A stretch of 64,000 nt of DNA from Acidobacteriota bacterium (GTDB lineage: Bacteria > Acidobacteriota > UBA6911 > JACQSX01), in contig DASXQR010000017.1 in the NCBI GenBank assembly GCA_036507075.1, positions 1 to 64,000 of the forward strand. The letters are read 5' to 3'. Made by a program: the position numbers and the translations under genes. Below are positions 10,377 through 20,354 of the stretch, one piece after another. The notes under the pieces were generated by a model. The model ran no database searches. It was not told the DNA's origin and was given only the letters and a program-made list of their open reading frames with translations. Each line of letters begins with the position of its first letter. Within the stretch, counting starts at the first letter, position 1.

Positions 10377-10467
10377 GGGGTGCGGCCGGCTGCCGGGTTG
10401 TGACTCTGCGGTGAAGCAAAGTAGAAGATCGGCAGCGAATGTGGATGAATCGGAAGAAAACAACTGA

Positions 10468-10677
10468 ATGGCAAAAGCAAAAAAAACAACCCCGGCAAAT
10501 CAAACCGTGCGCGTCCAGTACGTGCGCAGCTCGATTGGTTTTACCCGGCGGCAAAAGGAAACGGTTCGTGGCCTGGGATTAACCAGGCTTAATCAGATAG
10601 TGGAGCTTCCCGACAATCCCCAGATCCGCGGAATGGTCAGAAAAGTCCCGCATCTGGTGCGAATCGTAGAGGCATAG
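10468..10677 (+). CDS. rpmD: 50S ribosomal protein L30
   Basis: VRSSIG...TVRGLGL...IRGMVRKVPHLV. Confidence 0.97.
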   Translation: MAKAKKTTPANQTVRVQYVRSSIGFTRRQKETVRGLGLTRLNQIVELPDNPQIRGMVRKVPHLVRIVEA

Positions 10678-10680
10678 ATC

Positions 10681-11130
10681 ATGGCTTTAACGTTGAATTC
10701 ACTCAAACCGCCCCGCGGGGCCACCCGCACCAGGAAACGTGTCGGCAGGGGACCTGGTTCCGGTCTGGGCAAAACGGCCGGAAGGGGGCACAAGGGACAA
10801 AAATCGCGCACCGGTTATTCCCACCGCCCCGGATTCGAGGGCGGCCAGATGCCTTTGTATCGCCGCCTGCCCAAGCGGGGATTCAAGAATATCTTCAGGA
10901 AAAATTACGCGGAAGTGAATCTTAATCTATTGAACCGGTTTAAAGCCGGCGCCACGGTCACGCCCGAAATTCTGCTCGAGCAGAAGCTGATTCGAAAGAA
11001 CAGCGACGCAGTGCGTGTGCTGGGAAATGGAGAGCTGGATCGCGCCCTTACCATCAAGGCGCACCACTTCAGTAAAGGCGCTCTTGCCAAGATCCAAAAG
11101 GCCGGCGGGACTGCCGAGGTAATTGTCTGA
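10681..11130 (+). CDS. rplO: 50S ribosomal protein L15
   Basis: [42 protein letters not shown]. Confidence 0.99.
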   Translation: MALTLNSLKPPRGATRTRKRVGRGPGSGLGKTAGRGHKGQKSRTGYSHRPGFEGGQMPLYRRLPKRGFKNIFRKNYAEVNLNLLNRFKAGATVTPEILLEQKLIRKNSDAVRVLGNGELDRALTIKAHHFSKGALAKIQKAGGTAEVIV

Positions 11131-12545
11131 TGAGTTCGAATGTAAATCCCATCCTGGGAAGTATCAAGAATATCGCCAGCATTCCGGATCTGCGGAAGCG
11201 CATCCTGTTCATGCTCATGATGCTGGCCGTCTATCGCGTCGGATCTTACATTCCCACTCCGGGCGTCGACAGCGCGGCTCTCGAGCAGCTCTTTGCCCGC
11301 CAGAGCAATACAATTTTTGGCTTCCTGAATATGTTCTCGGGCGGCAATTTGAGCCGGCTGAGCATTTTCGCGCTGGGGATCACGCCCTACATCACCGCAT
11401 CGATCATTCTGCAGTTGCTTACCGTGGTCTGGCCCTATCTGGAAAAGCTGTCAAAGGAAGGAGAGCTGGGGCGCAAAAAGATTACGCAATACACGCGTTA
11501 CCTGACGGTGGCTCTGAGCCTGGTTCAATCATTCGCGACCGCCATCGCTTTGGAGAAAACAGCCGGGGGCGGCGGGCCACCGATTGTTCCCAACCCCGGT
11601 TGGATGTTTCGATTGATTACCGTCATTACGCTGACCACCGGCACGGCTTTCATCATGTGGGTGGGAGAACAGATCTCCGAGCGCGGTATCGGCAATGGTA
11701 TTTCGCTGATCATTTTTGCCGGCATCGTGGCAGGACTGCCGCATGGAATCCTTGATCTGTCCACCAAAGTTTCCAGCCGCACCATGAATCCCCTCACCGT
11801 GGTGGCGCTGATAATATTGATGGTGCTGGTGATAGCCGCCGTCGTGTTTGTCGAAAGAGGCCAGCGGCGGATCCCGGTGCAGTATGCCAAAAGGGTGGTG
11901 GGAAGAAAGATGTACGGAGGCCAGTCGACCCACCTTCCTCTGCGGGTTAATTCGGGGGGAGTTATCCCGGTGATTTTCGCGGCTTCCATCGTGGCTTTTC
12001 CGTCCACGCTGGGAGTGGTTTTTAAGTCTCCCGCCTTCCGATGGCTCACCCAGCAGTTGCAGCAGGGATACCCGCTCTATAACTTGCTGTACATCCTCGG
12101 CATCATCTTTTTCTGCTTTTTTTACGTGGCGATCATTTTCAATCCCGACGAAGTGGCCGATAACATTCGCAAGTATGGCGGGTTTATTCCCGGCATCAGA
12201 CCCGGCAAGAAAACCTCTGAATATATCGACAAAGTCCTCACGCGCCTTACCTTCGCCGGCGGCGTTTATCTGGTGCTGGTTTCACTGCTGCCGGAGTTTC
12301 TGATTACCGGTTTCAAGGTGCAGCCGATCCCCTGGATCGGCCCCACCCTTGACAACTTCCTGAATCGGGTGCATCTGGACGTGATCACCACCGGCATGGG
12401 TTTAACTTTTTATTTCGGAGGCACTTCGCTGCTGATCGTAGTGGGCGTTGCGATGGATACCGTGCAACAAATTGAAAGCCAATTGATCATGCGTCACTAT
12501 GACGGCTTCTTGAAGAAAGGAAGAATTCGGGGAAGACGAGCCTGA
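11130..12545 (+). CDS. secY: Preprotein translocase subunit SecY
   Basis: SIFALGITPYITASII, GIGNGISLIIF, IPGIRPG, GGTSLLIVVGV. Confidence 0.99.
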   Translation: MSSNVNPILGSIKNIASIPDLRKRILFMLMMLAVYRVGSYIPTPGVDSAALEQLFARQSNTIFGFLNMFSGGNLSRLSIFALGITPYITASIILQLLTVVWPYLEKLSKEGELGRKKITQYTRYLTVALSLVQSFATAIALEKTAGGGGPPIVPNPGWMFRLITVITLTTGTAFIMWVGEQISERGIGNGISLIIFAGIVAGLPHGILDLSTKVSSRTMNPLTVVALIILMVLVIAAVVFVERGQRRIPVQYAKRVVGRKMYGGQSTHLPLRVNSGGVIPVIFAASIVAFPSTLGVVFKSPAFRWLTQQLQQGYPLYNLLYILGIIFFCFFYVAIIFNPDEVADNIRKYGGFIPGIRPGKKTSEYIDKVLTRLTFAGGVYLVLVSLLPEFLITGFKVQPIPWIGPTLDNFLNRVHLDVITTGMGLTFYFGGTSLLIVVGVAMDTVQQIESQLIMRHYDGFLKKGRIRGRRA

Positions 12546-13189
12546 TGAGCAAAGTGATTGTGATGCTTGGCCCGCCCGGCGCAGGGAAGGGGACACAGGC
12601 GAAAAAACTCTCAGCGGATTTGGGTGTGCCGCACATTTCAACGGGAGATATGCTGCGGGACGCGGTCGCGCAGGGAACCGAACTGGGCAAGCAAGCCAAA
12701 GCGGTAATGGAATCAGGAAAGCTGGTCCCCGACGAACTGGTGGATGGAATCGTCGCGGACCGGTTAGAGCGTCCGGACACGAAGAGTGGATACATCCTTG
12801 ACGGTTATCCGAGGACCATTCCGCAGGCCGAGTTCCTGCAGAAGATCATCAACGGTCATCGGCTGGTATCGGTAAATTTTGACGTGGACGATGAAGAGCT
12901 GGTTCGCAGGTTGTCGGGCAGGCGGACCTGCAAGGCGCAGGGACATATTTTTCATGTGATGTTTAATCCTTCGAAAGCGGGCGACGTTTGCGACAAAGAC
13001 GGATCGCCTTTGGTTCAAAGAGCGGATGATCGCGAGGAAGTAATCCGCCAGCGGCTCAGTGTCTACCGCCGGGACACCGCGCCAATGGTGGAACATTTGA
13101 GGAAGAAGTCCGCATTTTATCAGATCAACGGCAACCGGCGGCCCGATGAAGTTCACACCGAGCTTCTCAGGATCGTGGAATCTGAATGA
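12545..13189 (+). CDS. adk: Adenylate kinase
   Basis: GPPGAGKGTQ, HISTGDMLR, LDGYPRT, QRADD. Confidence 0.99.
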   Translation: MSKVIVMLGPPGAGKGTQAKKLSADLGVPHISTGDMLRDAVAQGTELGKQAKAVMESGKLVPDELVDGIVADRLERPDTKSGYILDGYPRTIPQAEFLQKIINGHRLVSVNFDVDDEELVRRLSGRRTCKAQGHIFHVMFNPSKAGDVCDKDGSPLVQRADDREEVIRQRLSVYRRDTAPMVEHLRKKSAFYQINGNRRPDEVHTELLRIVESE

Positions 13190-13935
13190 TCGTGTGCAAG
13201 ACGCCTGAAGAATTGCAGAAAATGCGCCACAGTTCACTGATCGTGGCCGAAGTGCTCGAGGAGGTTAAGAAGGCAGTGGCGCCAGGTGTCAGGACCAAGG
13301 ACCTGGATGCGCTGGCCGAGGAGCTGATCTTGAAACGAGGGGGCAAGCCGGCGTTCAAAGGGTACAACGGCTATCCGGCCACGCTGTGCACTTCGATCAA
13401 CAGCCAGATCGTACACGGCATCCCCGGAGACTACAAGTTGAAGGAAGGCGACATTCTGAGCATCGATTGCGGGGTCTGCTGCGAGGGTTTCTTCGGCGAT
13501 TCGGCGGTGACGGTTCCGGTGGGCCCGATCAGCCAGCGGCTGGCGACCCTGCTGCGGGTAACTGAGGAGTCGCTTTATCGGGCCATTGAGAAGGTGCGAC
13601 TGGGGAACCGGGTTTCGGATATTTCGGCTGCCGTGCAGACGCATGTCGAATCGTTCGGGTTTTCTGTGGTGCGGGAATTTGTCGGTCATGGGATCGGAAA
13701 ACAATTGCACGAAGAGCCGCAGGTTCCAAATTATGGCCCGCCCGGTCGCGGCCCCAAGCTGGAGGAAGGAATGGTGTTGGCCATCGAGCCCATGGTCAAC
13801 ACCGGCGGCCCCGCGCATCGCACGCTGCCGGACGGCTGGACGGCGGTCACGGTGGACGGCGGATACTCGGCTCATTTTGAGCATTGTGTCGCCGTGACGT
13901 CGAATGGGCCCTGGATACTGAGTCAGAAGAACTGA
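13186..13935 (+). CDS. map: Methionine aminopeptidase type I
   Basis: IVHGIP, GHGIG..LHEEP, AIEPM, SAHFEH. Confidence 0.99.
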   Translation: MIVCKTPEELQKMRHSSLIVAEVLEEVKKAVAPGVRTKDLDALAEELILKRGGKPAFKGYNGYPATLCTSINSQIVHGIPGDYKLKEGDILSIDCGVCCEGFFGDSAVTVPVGPISQRLATLLRVTEESLYRAIEKVRLGNRVSDISAAVQTHVESFGFSVVREFVGHGIGKQLHEEPQVPNYGPPGRGPKLEEGMVLAIEPMVNTGGPAHRTLPDGWTAVTVDGGYSAHFEHCVAVTSNGPWILSQKN

Positions 13936-13936
13936 T

Positions 13937-14155
13937 ATGTCCAAGGAAGACGCCATAGAAGTCGTGGGGACAGTCATCGAGACTCTGCCCAATGCCATGT
14001 TTCGGGTAGAGCTTGAGAACAAGCACCAGGTTCTGGCGCACATATCGGGAAAAATGCGAAAGAATTTCATCAGGATTTTGCCCGGTGACAAGATCCTGGT
14101 GGAACTGTCGCCCTATGATCTGACGCGCGGGCGGATCGTTTACCGGTACAAATAG
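13937..14155 (+). CDS. infA: Translation initiation factor IF-1
   Basis: [27 protein letters not shown]. Confidence 0.99.
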   Translation: MSKEDAIEVVGTVIETLPNAMFRVELENKHQVLAHISGKMRKNFIRILPGDKILVELSPYDLTRGRIVYRYK

Positions 14156-14478
14156 GTTGCGGGTTGGCGGGTTGGCGGGTTCGCTGGTTCCGGGTTAGCG
14201 AGTTTCGGGTTGCGGGTTGACGGGTTGACGAGTTGCGGGTTGGCGAGTTACGGGTTGGCGGGTTGACGGAATGCGGGGTGACGAGTTGACGAGTTACAGG
14301 TTGACGGGTTGCGGGTTGACGAGTTGCGGGTTGACGAGTTGCGGGTTCGGAGTCGCGGGTTACAGGGTCCAAGTTGCGTTTTGGGTTAATGGATTTGGGA
14401 TTCAGAATTCCGGGTAAGACTGGATGCCGGATTAGGTTAAAGCGGAACCCGCAACCCGGAACCCGAAAACCCGTAACC
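14156..14478. repeat. Inverted GGGTTGC/GGGTTGAC tandem array (same family as 147-384)
   Basis: About 210 nt of (GG/GA)GTT(G/A)C units starting at the infA stop; short complementary arm aacccgcaacccggaacccgaaaacccgtaacc. Confidence 0.9.
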
Positions 14479-14500
14479 GTGGAATGAGACGAGGGAAGAG

Positions 14501-14614
14501 ATGAAAGTTAGAGCTTCAGTAAAAAAAATTTGCGACAAATGCAAGATCATACGGCGGCGCGGCGTGGTTCGTGTGATCTGCAGCAATCCCAAGCATAAGC
14601 AGCGTCAGGGATAG
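14501..14614 (+). CDS. rpmJ: 50S ribosomal protein L36 (absent from ORF track)
   Basis: [45 protein letters not shown]. Confidence 0.98.
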   Translation: MKVRASVKKICDKCKIIRRRGVVRVICSNPKHKQRQG

Positions 14615-14626
14615 GAGAGGGTTGTA

Positions 14627-14995
14627 ATGGCCAGAATTGCGGGAGTGAATCTCCCTGAAAACAAGAGAATTCAGATTGCGCTCACTTATATTTTCGGCAT
14701 CGGCCGGCCGCGGTCGACTCAGATTCTGAAAGAGGCCAGCGTAAATATGGATCGCAAAGTCCGCGAGTTGACCGAGGACGAGCTGTCGCGGATACGGCAG
14801 GTGATTCAGGACCAGGGCCGCGTGGAGGGCGATCTGCGCAAGGAAGTTCAGTTGAACATCAAGCGTCTGATGGATATCGGGACCTATCGCGGCCTGCGTC
14901 ATCGCAAGAATCTGCCCGTTCGCGGACAGCGCACGCACACCAACGCGCGCACGCGCAAGGGTCCGCGCAAGACCGGCAGATTGAAGAAGAGATAA
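14627..14995 (+). CDS. rpsM: 30S ribosomal protein S13
   Basis: [36 protein letters not shown]. Confidence 0.99.
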   Translation: MARIAGVNLPENKRIQIALTYIFGIGRPRSTQILKEASVNMDRKVRELTEDELSRIRQVIQDQGRVEGDLRKEVQLNIKRLMDIGTYRGLRHRKNLPVRGQRTHTNARTRKGPRKTGRLKKR

Positions 14996-15007
14996 AGGGA
15001 GCTGTAC

Positions 15008-15448
15008 ATGGCGAAAGATAAACCGGAAGCCCCATCGGATGCGGTAACCAAAAAGCCGACCACCAAGAAGCGCGTCGGCAAGAAGAAGGAAAAGCGGATT
15101 GTGCCGCATGGAATCGCGTACATCCAGGCGACGTTTAACAATACGCTGGTGACCATCACCGACCAGGAAGGAAATCTCTGCACGTCTTCCAGCGCCGGAG
15201 CGATGGGTTTTCGCGGCTCGCGCAAAGGCACGCCTTTTGCGGCCCAGCAGGCGGCCTCGACAGCCGCCAGCGGAGCGCGCGAGAACTTTGGGATGAAGTA
15301 TGTGGATGTGCGCGTCAAGGGGCCGGGGGCGGGCAGAGAATCGGCGATTCGCGCGCTGCAGGCGGCGGGAATTGAAGTGCGCTCGATTCGCGATGTCACC
15401 CCCATCCCGCACAACGGCTGCCGGCCGCCGAAGCGAAGAAGAGTGTAG
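15008..15448 (+). CDS. rpsK: 30S ribosomal protein S11
   Basis: [35 protein letters not shown]. Confidence 0.99.
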   Translation: MAKDKPEAPSDAVTKKPTTKKRVGKKKEKRIVPHGIAYIQATFNNTLVTITDQEGNLCTSSSAGAMGFRGSRKGTPFAAQQAASTAASGARENFGMKYVDVRVKGPGAGRESAIRALQAAGIEVRSIRDVTPIPHNGCRPPKRRRV

Positions 15449-15458
15449 GTAATTCTTA

Positions 15459-15515
15459 GTGGCCTTTGTGTCTTTGTGGTGGAATTCTTTTTCACCACAA
15501 AGGCACAAAGGCCAC
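15459..15515. repeat. Near-perfect 23-bp hairpin of 9-mer CACAAAG units
   Basis: gtggcctttgtgtctttgtggtg ... caccacaaaggcacaaaggccac. Confidence 0.85.
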
Positions 15516-15533
15516 AAATGAGGAGGAATTAAA

Positions 15534-16163
15534 TTGGCAAGATATCGTGGATCCGTTTGCCGGCTTTGCCGCCGCGAAGGGATGAAGTTGTTCCTGAAAG
15601 GCCAGCGGTGCTTTTCTGAGAAATGCGCCGTTGAAAAAAGGAGCTGGGCCCCCGGGGAGCATGGGAAGGACACTCGCAGCAAGACTTTGGGTTATGGCCT
15701 TCAATTGAGAGAAAAGCAGAAGGTGAAGCGGCTCTATGGCATCCTGGAGAATCAGTTTCGAAATTATTTCGAGAAGGCCGTGCAGCAGCGCGGGATCACC
15801 GGCGAGCGGCTTCTTTCTTCCCTGGAACGCAGGCTTGACACGGTGATATTGCGCTCCGGACTGGGGAGCTCGCCGTCGCACGCCAGGCAAATCGTGCGCC
15901 ACGGACATGTTCTGGTCAACGGCAGGAAGGTCAATATTCCCAGCTACCTGGTGGCCAAAGGGGATGTCATTACACTCAAACCCAAGGCGCAGAAGAATCA
16001 GCAGATCCATCTTTCCGTGGATCTGGCGAGCGGGCAGGGATTTCCCGAGTGGCTGGAAGTTGACAAAGAGAATTTGAAGGCCACCGTGCGCGAGTTGCCC
16101 AAGCGCGAAGACATTCGTTTGCCGATCGAAGAGCAATTGATCGTTGAACTTTATTCCAAATAG
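15534..16163 (+). CDS. rpsD: 30S ribosomal protein S4 (zinc-ribbon type)
   Basis: TTG start after GAGGAGG; CRLCRREG, QLREKQK, LERRLD, IVELYSK. Confidence 0.99.
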   Translation: MARYRGSVCRLCRREGMKLFLKGQRCFSEKCAVEKRSWAPGEHGKDTRSKTLGYGLQLREKQKVKRLYGILENQFRNYFEKAVQQRGITGERLLSSLERRLDTVILRSGLGSSPSHARQIVRHGHVLVNGRKVNIPSYLVAKGDVITLKPKAQKNQQIHLSVDLASGQGFPEWLEVDKENLKATVRELPKREDIRLPIEEQLIVELYSK

Positions 16164-16280
16164 TCAGTTGTCCGTAGTCCGTTGTCGGTGGTCAGTTGTC
16201 CGTAGTCAGTTGTCCGCTGTTCGATTCGCTGATAACTGACAACAACCGACAACTGACAACTGACAACTGACAACTGACTA
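16164..16280. repeat. Inverted GTTGTCM / ACAACTG 7-mer array
   Basis: tcagttgtccgtagtccgttgtc... and (acaactg)n. Confidence 0.9.
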
Positions 16281-16303
16281 ATGCCTACAGGGGAGTTAAA
16301 TAG

Positions 16304-17287
16304 ATGAAAGGTTTTCAAAAACCGAAAAGACTGGCTTGTACCACCGAAACACTGACCAAAACGTATGGTCATTTTTATGCCCAACCTTTTGAGCGGGGAT
16401 ACGGGACGACGATTGGAAATGCGCTTCGTCGGGTGCTGCTCTCCAGCATCGAAGGAGCCGCCATTACCGCGGTCAAGATCGAGGGCATCCTGCACGAATT
16501 CTCTTCCATTCCGGGAGTGGTGGAAGATGTCACCGACATCATCATGAATCTAAAGACTGTTCCGATCCGGCTGAACGTGGATCATCCAAAAACGCTTTAT
16601 CTTGAATCGAAGGGACCGGGTCCGGTGATGGCAGGTAACATCAAACCCGACCCGGACGTTGAGATCCTCGATCCATCCATCCATCTGGCGACGGTGGGCG
16701 GCGAGGGAAAGCTGTCCATGGAAATGCGGGTCAAGAAGAGCCGGGGTTATGTTTCCTCCGATGAGAACTTTGATCAGGATCTTTCGCTGGGGTATATCCC
16801 GATTGACTCGGTGCACTCGCCGGTGCGCAAGGTGAACTACTACGTGGAGGCGGCCCGCCTGGGACAGGCGACAGATTATGATCGCCTCAATCTTGAGATC
16901 TGGACCAACGGCTGTATTACCCCGCAGGAAGCAACGGCGCGGGCGGCCAAGATTATCAAGGACCATATGTTCATTTTCATCAACTTTGAAGAGGAGCCTG
17001 AGACGGAAGAACCGCAGGTGGATTCCAAACAGGAGGCGATTAACGAAAATCTGCAGAAATCGGTCGACGAGCTGGAGCTTTCAGTCCGCTCGTATAACTG
17101 TCTGAAAAATGCCAACATCAAGACGATCGGCGAGCTGGTGCAGAAGACCGAAGCGGAAATGCTCAAGACCAAGAATTTCGGCCGCAAGTCTCTGAATGAG
17201 ATCAAGGAAATCCTCCAGGATATGGGCCTCCATTTTGGAATGAAGCTTGACGACCTGGGACGCCCGATCCGGGATGAAGTAGCTTAG
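16304..17287 (+). CDS. rpoA: RNA polymerase subunit alpha
   Basis: [44 protein letters not shown]. Confidence 0.99.
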   Translation: MKGFQKPKRLACTTETLTKTYGHFYAQPFERGYGTTIGNALRRVLLSSIEGAAITAVKIEGILHEFSSIPGVVEDVTDIIMNLKTVPIRLNVDHPKTLYLESKGPGPVMAGNIKPDPDVEILDPSIHLATVGGEGKLSMEMRVKKSRGYVSSDENFDQDLSLGYIPIDSVHSPVRKVNYYVEAARLGQATDYDRLNLEIWTNGCITPQEATARAAKIIKDHMFIFINFEEEPETEEPQVDSKQEAINENLQKSVDELELSVRSYNCLKNANIKTIGELVQKTEAEMLKTKNFGRKSLNEIKEILQDMGLHFGMKLDDLGRPIRDEVA

Positions 17288-17374
17288 TTAGTCTGTTGTC
17301 AGTTGTCCGTGGTCCGTTGGCCTGAAGTCGAAGGTCGATAAGTCGCTGACAACTGACAACTGACAACGGACAAA
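17288..17374. repeat. Inverted GTTGTCM / ACAACTG 7-mer array
   Basis: gtctgttgtcagttgtccgtggtc pairs with gacaactgacaactgacaacggac. Confidence 0.9.
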
Positions 17375-17378
17375 ATCA

Positions 17379-17813
17379 ATGCCACATCAGGTAGCAGGAA
17401 GAAAACTGGGGCGCACGACCAGTCACCGGAAGGCGCTTTTCAGGAATATGGTCACCGAGCTGTTCGACAAAGAACATATCGTTACCACTCTGTACAAGGC
17501 GAAGGAACTCCGCCCCGTCGCAGAAAAAATGATCACACTCGGCAAGCGCGACACGCTGCATGCCCGCCGCCAGGCGCTTGCCTTCATTAAGAGCAAGGAT
17601 GTCGTCTACAAGCTCTTTGACACGATCGCGCCTCGTTTCTCGGATCGAAGCGGCGGGTACACGCGAATCATCCGGCTCGGATTCCGCAAAGGTGATAGCG
17701 CGGAAGTTGCACTGATTGAATTGCTCGGCAGTGAATACAAGCCAAAAACGGAGAAGAAGGCCAAAAAGGGCAAAGGCGAAAAGGGCAAGGCAGGAGCTCC
17801 GCCCGAAGAGTAG
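17379..17813 (+). CDS. rplQ: 50S ribosomal protein L17
   Basis: [27 protein letters not shown]. Confidence 0.99.
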   Translation: MPHQVAGRKLGRTTSHRKALFRNMVTELFDKEHIVTTLYKAKELRPVAEKMITLGKRDTLHARRQALAFIKSKDVVYKLFDTIAPRFSDRSGGYTRIIRLGFRKGDSAEVALIELLGSEYKPKTEKKAKKGKGEKGKAGAPPEE

Positions 17814-17831
17814 CGTAATCAGGTATGAGTT

Positions 17832-17980
17832 GCACCACAAAGACACAAAGATCACAAAGCAAGACGAGGGGCAGGCAGAGTCCGGTCAGGTCGCAGAACA
17901 CGCTGGCGCTTTTTATTTTACGACCTGACCGGATCCTGCCTGCCCCTCGTCTGACTTTGTCCTTTGTGTCTTTGTGGTGC
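17832..17980. repeat. ~150-nt hairpin after rplQ (CACAAAG 9-mer arms plus ~31-bp inner inverted repeat); may mark the operon end
   Basis: gcaccacaaagacacaaag...ctttgtgtctttgtggtgc; inner gacgaggggcaggcagagtccggtcaggtcg / cgacctgaccggatcctgcctgcccctcgtc. Confidence 0.85.
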
Positions 17981-18007
17981 GAAGCTCTAAATCGACAAAG
18001 GCCTCAA

Positions 18008-18514
18008 GTGAAAAAAAATCTCATTTTGGTCGGCTTGCTTCTCCTTGGCGCAGTGCCGGCTTATCCCGCAGACCTGAAAGAGAGCGAGGCCGGTTTTGTT
18101 TTCAGCGCCACCCGCCTGGACAAAAACATCCGTCCCGGGTATGGCGGGCGCCTGCTTCATAATTACAATCCGATCTGGGCGTTTGAGATGCAGGGCTCGT
18201 TCTACCCTGTGAACCAGGCACTCAACGTCTTTACCGGCACATTCGATTTCAAAGGCACCTGCCGGCTGGAAGATCGTTATAAAGTCAACTTGTTCGGCCT
18301 TCTAGGGCCGGGGATTTTCATTGCGGATCCCGGCAAGGGAATCCCGGACGGGCGCAACCATTACCGCTTTGCTGTCAACGCCGGCGGCGGGTTTGAGGTA
18401 GTGCCGGATCCGAAGATCGCTATCCGGGCCGATTTCACCGACCTGATGGTGTTTCACAAGGGCGAAGGCAACCACAACCTCGACTTCAAACTCGCGTTGA
18501 TGTACCGCTGGTAA
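18008..18514 (+). CDS. Small outer-membrane beta-barrel protein (OmpA-membrane-domain-like)
   Basis: GTG 18008 gives signal peptide KKNLILVGLLLLGAVPAYPA; amphipathic strands, NAGGGFE, C-terminal LALMYRW. Confidence 0.7.
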   Translation: MKKNLILVGLLLLGAVPAYPADLKESEAGFVFSATRLDKNIRPGYGGRLLHNYNPIWAFEMQGSFYPVNQALNVFTGTFDFKGTCRLEDRYKVNLFGLLGPGIFIADPGKGIPDGRNHYRFAVNAGGGFEVVPDPKIAIRADFTDLMVFHKGEGNHNLDFKLALMYRW

Positions 18515-18522
18515 CGGCGAAG

Positions 18523-18622
18523 TGGAGCACGAATTTTCACGAATGACACGAATTTCACGAATTCACGGATCTTTTAAATTAGCTTCGTGAAATTCGTGAA
18601 ATTCGTGTAAATTCGTGCTCCA
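18523..18622. repeat. Inverted CACGAATTT element
   Basis: tggagcacgaattttcacgaat...attcgtgtaaattcgtgctcca; relatives at 25414, 28591 and 57029. Confidence 0.9.
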
Positions 18623-18623
18623 G

Positions 18624-20285
18624 ATGCCGGTCACCGCAGTTTTCTTCCTGCTTGTTGCGCTGTTCTCCTTTCAATTAAGCAGTCGATCTGAACGCTCCTC
18701 CCGCCGGCCCAATGTCGTGCTGATCATTACCGACGACCAGGGTTATGGCGATCTTGGCCTGCACGGCAACGACCGCATCAAAACGCCGAATCTGGACCGG
18801 CTGGGACGGGAAAGCGTAAGGCTAACCCGCTTTTATGTCAGCCCGGTATGCGCGCCCACGCGCGCCAGCCTGATGACCGGTCGATACAATTACCGCACCG
18901 GCGTTGTCGACACCTTCCTGGGACGCGCCCTCATGTACAACGAAGAAGTTACGCTGGCCGAGATGCTGCGCGGGGCGGGATATCGGACCGGCATATTCGG
19001 CAAATGGCATCTCGGTGACAATCATCCGCTGCGGGCGATAGATCAGGGATTCCAGGAGGCGCTCGTCTGTACCGGAGGAGGGCTGACACAGCCGTCCGAT
19101 CCGGAAGGCAACAGTTACTTTGATCCTATCCTGCAGCATAACGGCCGGCCGGGCCGCTACCAGGGGTACTGCACCGATATTTTCACGCGCGCCGCCATCG
19201 ACTTTATCCGGCAAAACCGCGCCCGTCCTTTCTTTGCCTATCTGGCAACCAATGCGCCGCACACCCCTCTCCAGGTTTCCGACAAATATGTGGAACCATA
19301 CCTGGCGATGGGACTCAATGAGACCACCGCCAGGATTTACGGCATGGTAGCCAACATCGATGAAAACGTCGGACGTCTGCTGGACGAGCTGCGTTCGCTC
19401 GATCTTCAGGACAATACAATCGTTGTATGGATGACGGACAACGGGCCGCAGCAGCAGCGTTATAACGCCGGCCTGCGCGGGCTCAAGGGAAGCGTGTACG
19501 ATGGCGGTATCCACGTGCCATGTTTTGTTCGCTGGCCCGGACGCCTGAAGCCGGGAGCTGTGGATGCCGTGGCCGCGCACATTGACCTGGCGCCGACTCT
19601 GCTGGCCGCCTGCTCTGTACGCAGGCCGGCTGGGATCCCCTTTGATGGAAGCGACCTGATGCCCCTGCTGCGCGGAGAAAACATCTCCTGGCCCGAGCGA
19701 ACCTTGTACTTCCAATGGCATCGTGGAGATCAGCCTGAGTTGTATCGAAACAGCGCAGCCCGTTCCTCCAGATTCAAGCTGGTCGACGGAAAGGAGTTGT
19801 ACGATCTTGTCGCGGATCCCGGCGAGCAGAAAGATATCGCGGCCGACCATGCCGGGATTGTGAATCAGATGCGCCGGGACTACGAACGCTGGTTTCGCGA
19901 CGTCAGCGCGACGCGCGGTTATGATCCTCCCCGGATTGATCTTGGGTCAAAGCAGGAGAACCCCGTTACCTTGACGCGCCAGGATTGGCGGGGGCCGCGG
20001 GCCGGCTGGAATCCCGATTCTCTGGGCTACTGGGAAGTCAACGTAGCAGAAAAGGCTTCCTACCGAATCAGATTGGAGTTTGCGGCTGCCAAGACTCCCG
20101 TTGATGTCCACCTCAGGATCAGTGAAATAGATCTCAAGAAAACCATTGATGAGGGGACGGCGACGGCCCTGTTCAGCAGTGTTCCATTGAAAAACGGACC
20201 GGCGCGGTTCGAGGCCTGGACGGAAACGCCAGGGCGAAGCGTGGGTGTTAAATACGCGTATGTTCAGCGTGCAGGCCGCCGTTAG
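18624..20285 (+). CDS. Arylsulfatase (S1 family, Cys-type), exported
   Basis: PNVVLIITDDQG, CAPTRASLMTG formylglycine motif, GKWHLG, TDNG; N-terminal hydrophobic signal. Confidence 0.93.
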   Translation: MPVTAVFFLLVALFSFQLSSRSERSSRRPNVVLIITDDQGYGDLGLHGNDRIKTPNLDRLGRESVRLTRFYVSPVCAPTRASLMTGRYNYRTGVVDTFLGRALMYNEEVTLAEMLRGAGYRTGIFGKWHLGDNHPLRAIDQGFQEALVCTGGGLTQPSDPEGNSYFDPILQHNGRPGRYQGYCTDIFTRAAIDFIRQNRARPFFAYLATNAPHTPLQVSDKYVEPYLAMGLNETTARIYGMVANIDENVGRLLDELRSLDLQDNTIVVWMTDNGPQQQRYNAGLRGLKGSVYDGGIHVPCFVRWPGRLKPGAVDAVAAHIDLAPTLLAACSVRRPAGIPFDGSDLMPLLRGENISWPERTLYFQWHRGDQPELYRNSAARSSRFKLVDGKELYDLVADPGEQKDIAADHAGIVNQMRRDYERWFRDVSATRGYDPPRIDLGSKQENPVTLTRQDWRGPRAGWNPDSLGYWEVNVAEKASYRIRLEFAAAKTPVDVHLRISEIDLKKTIDEGTATALFSSVPLKNGPARFEAWTETPGRSVGVKYAYVQRAGRR

Positions 20286-20354
20286 TTGCTGTTATGTTAC
20301 GGTAATGCACTTGTGTTTTCCCGTCTGAATCGAGCATGTAGCACCGATGACAAA

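Noticed and set aside
383..17855. Long minus-strand ORFs opposite ribosomal genes (e.g. 6304-7602, 14516-15682)
   Set aside because: Antisense shadows of conserved high-GC genes with no recognisable motifs.
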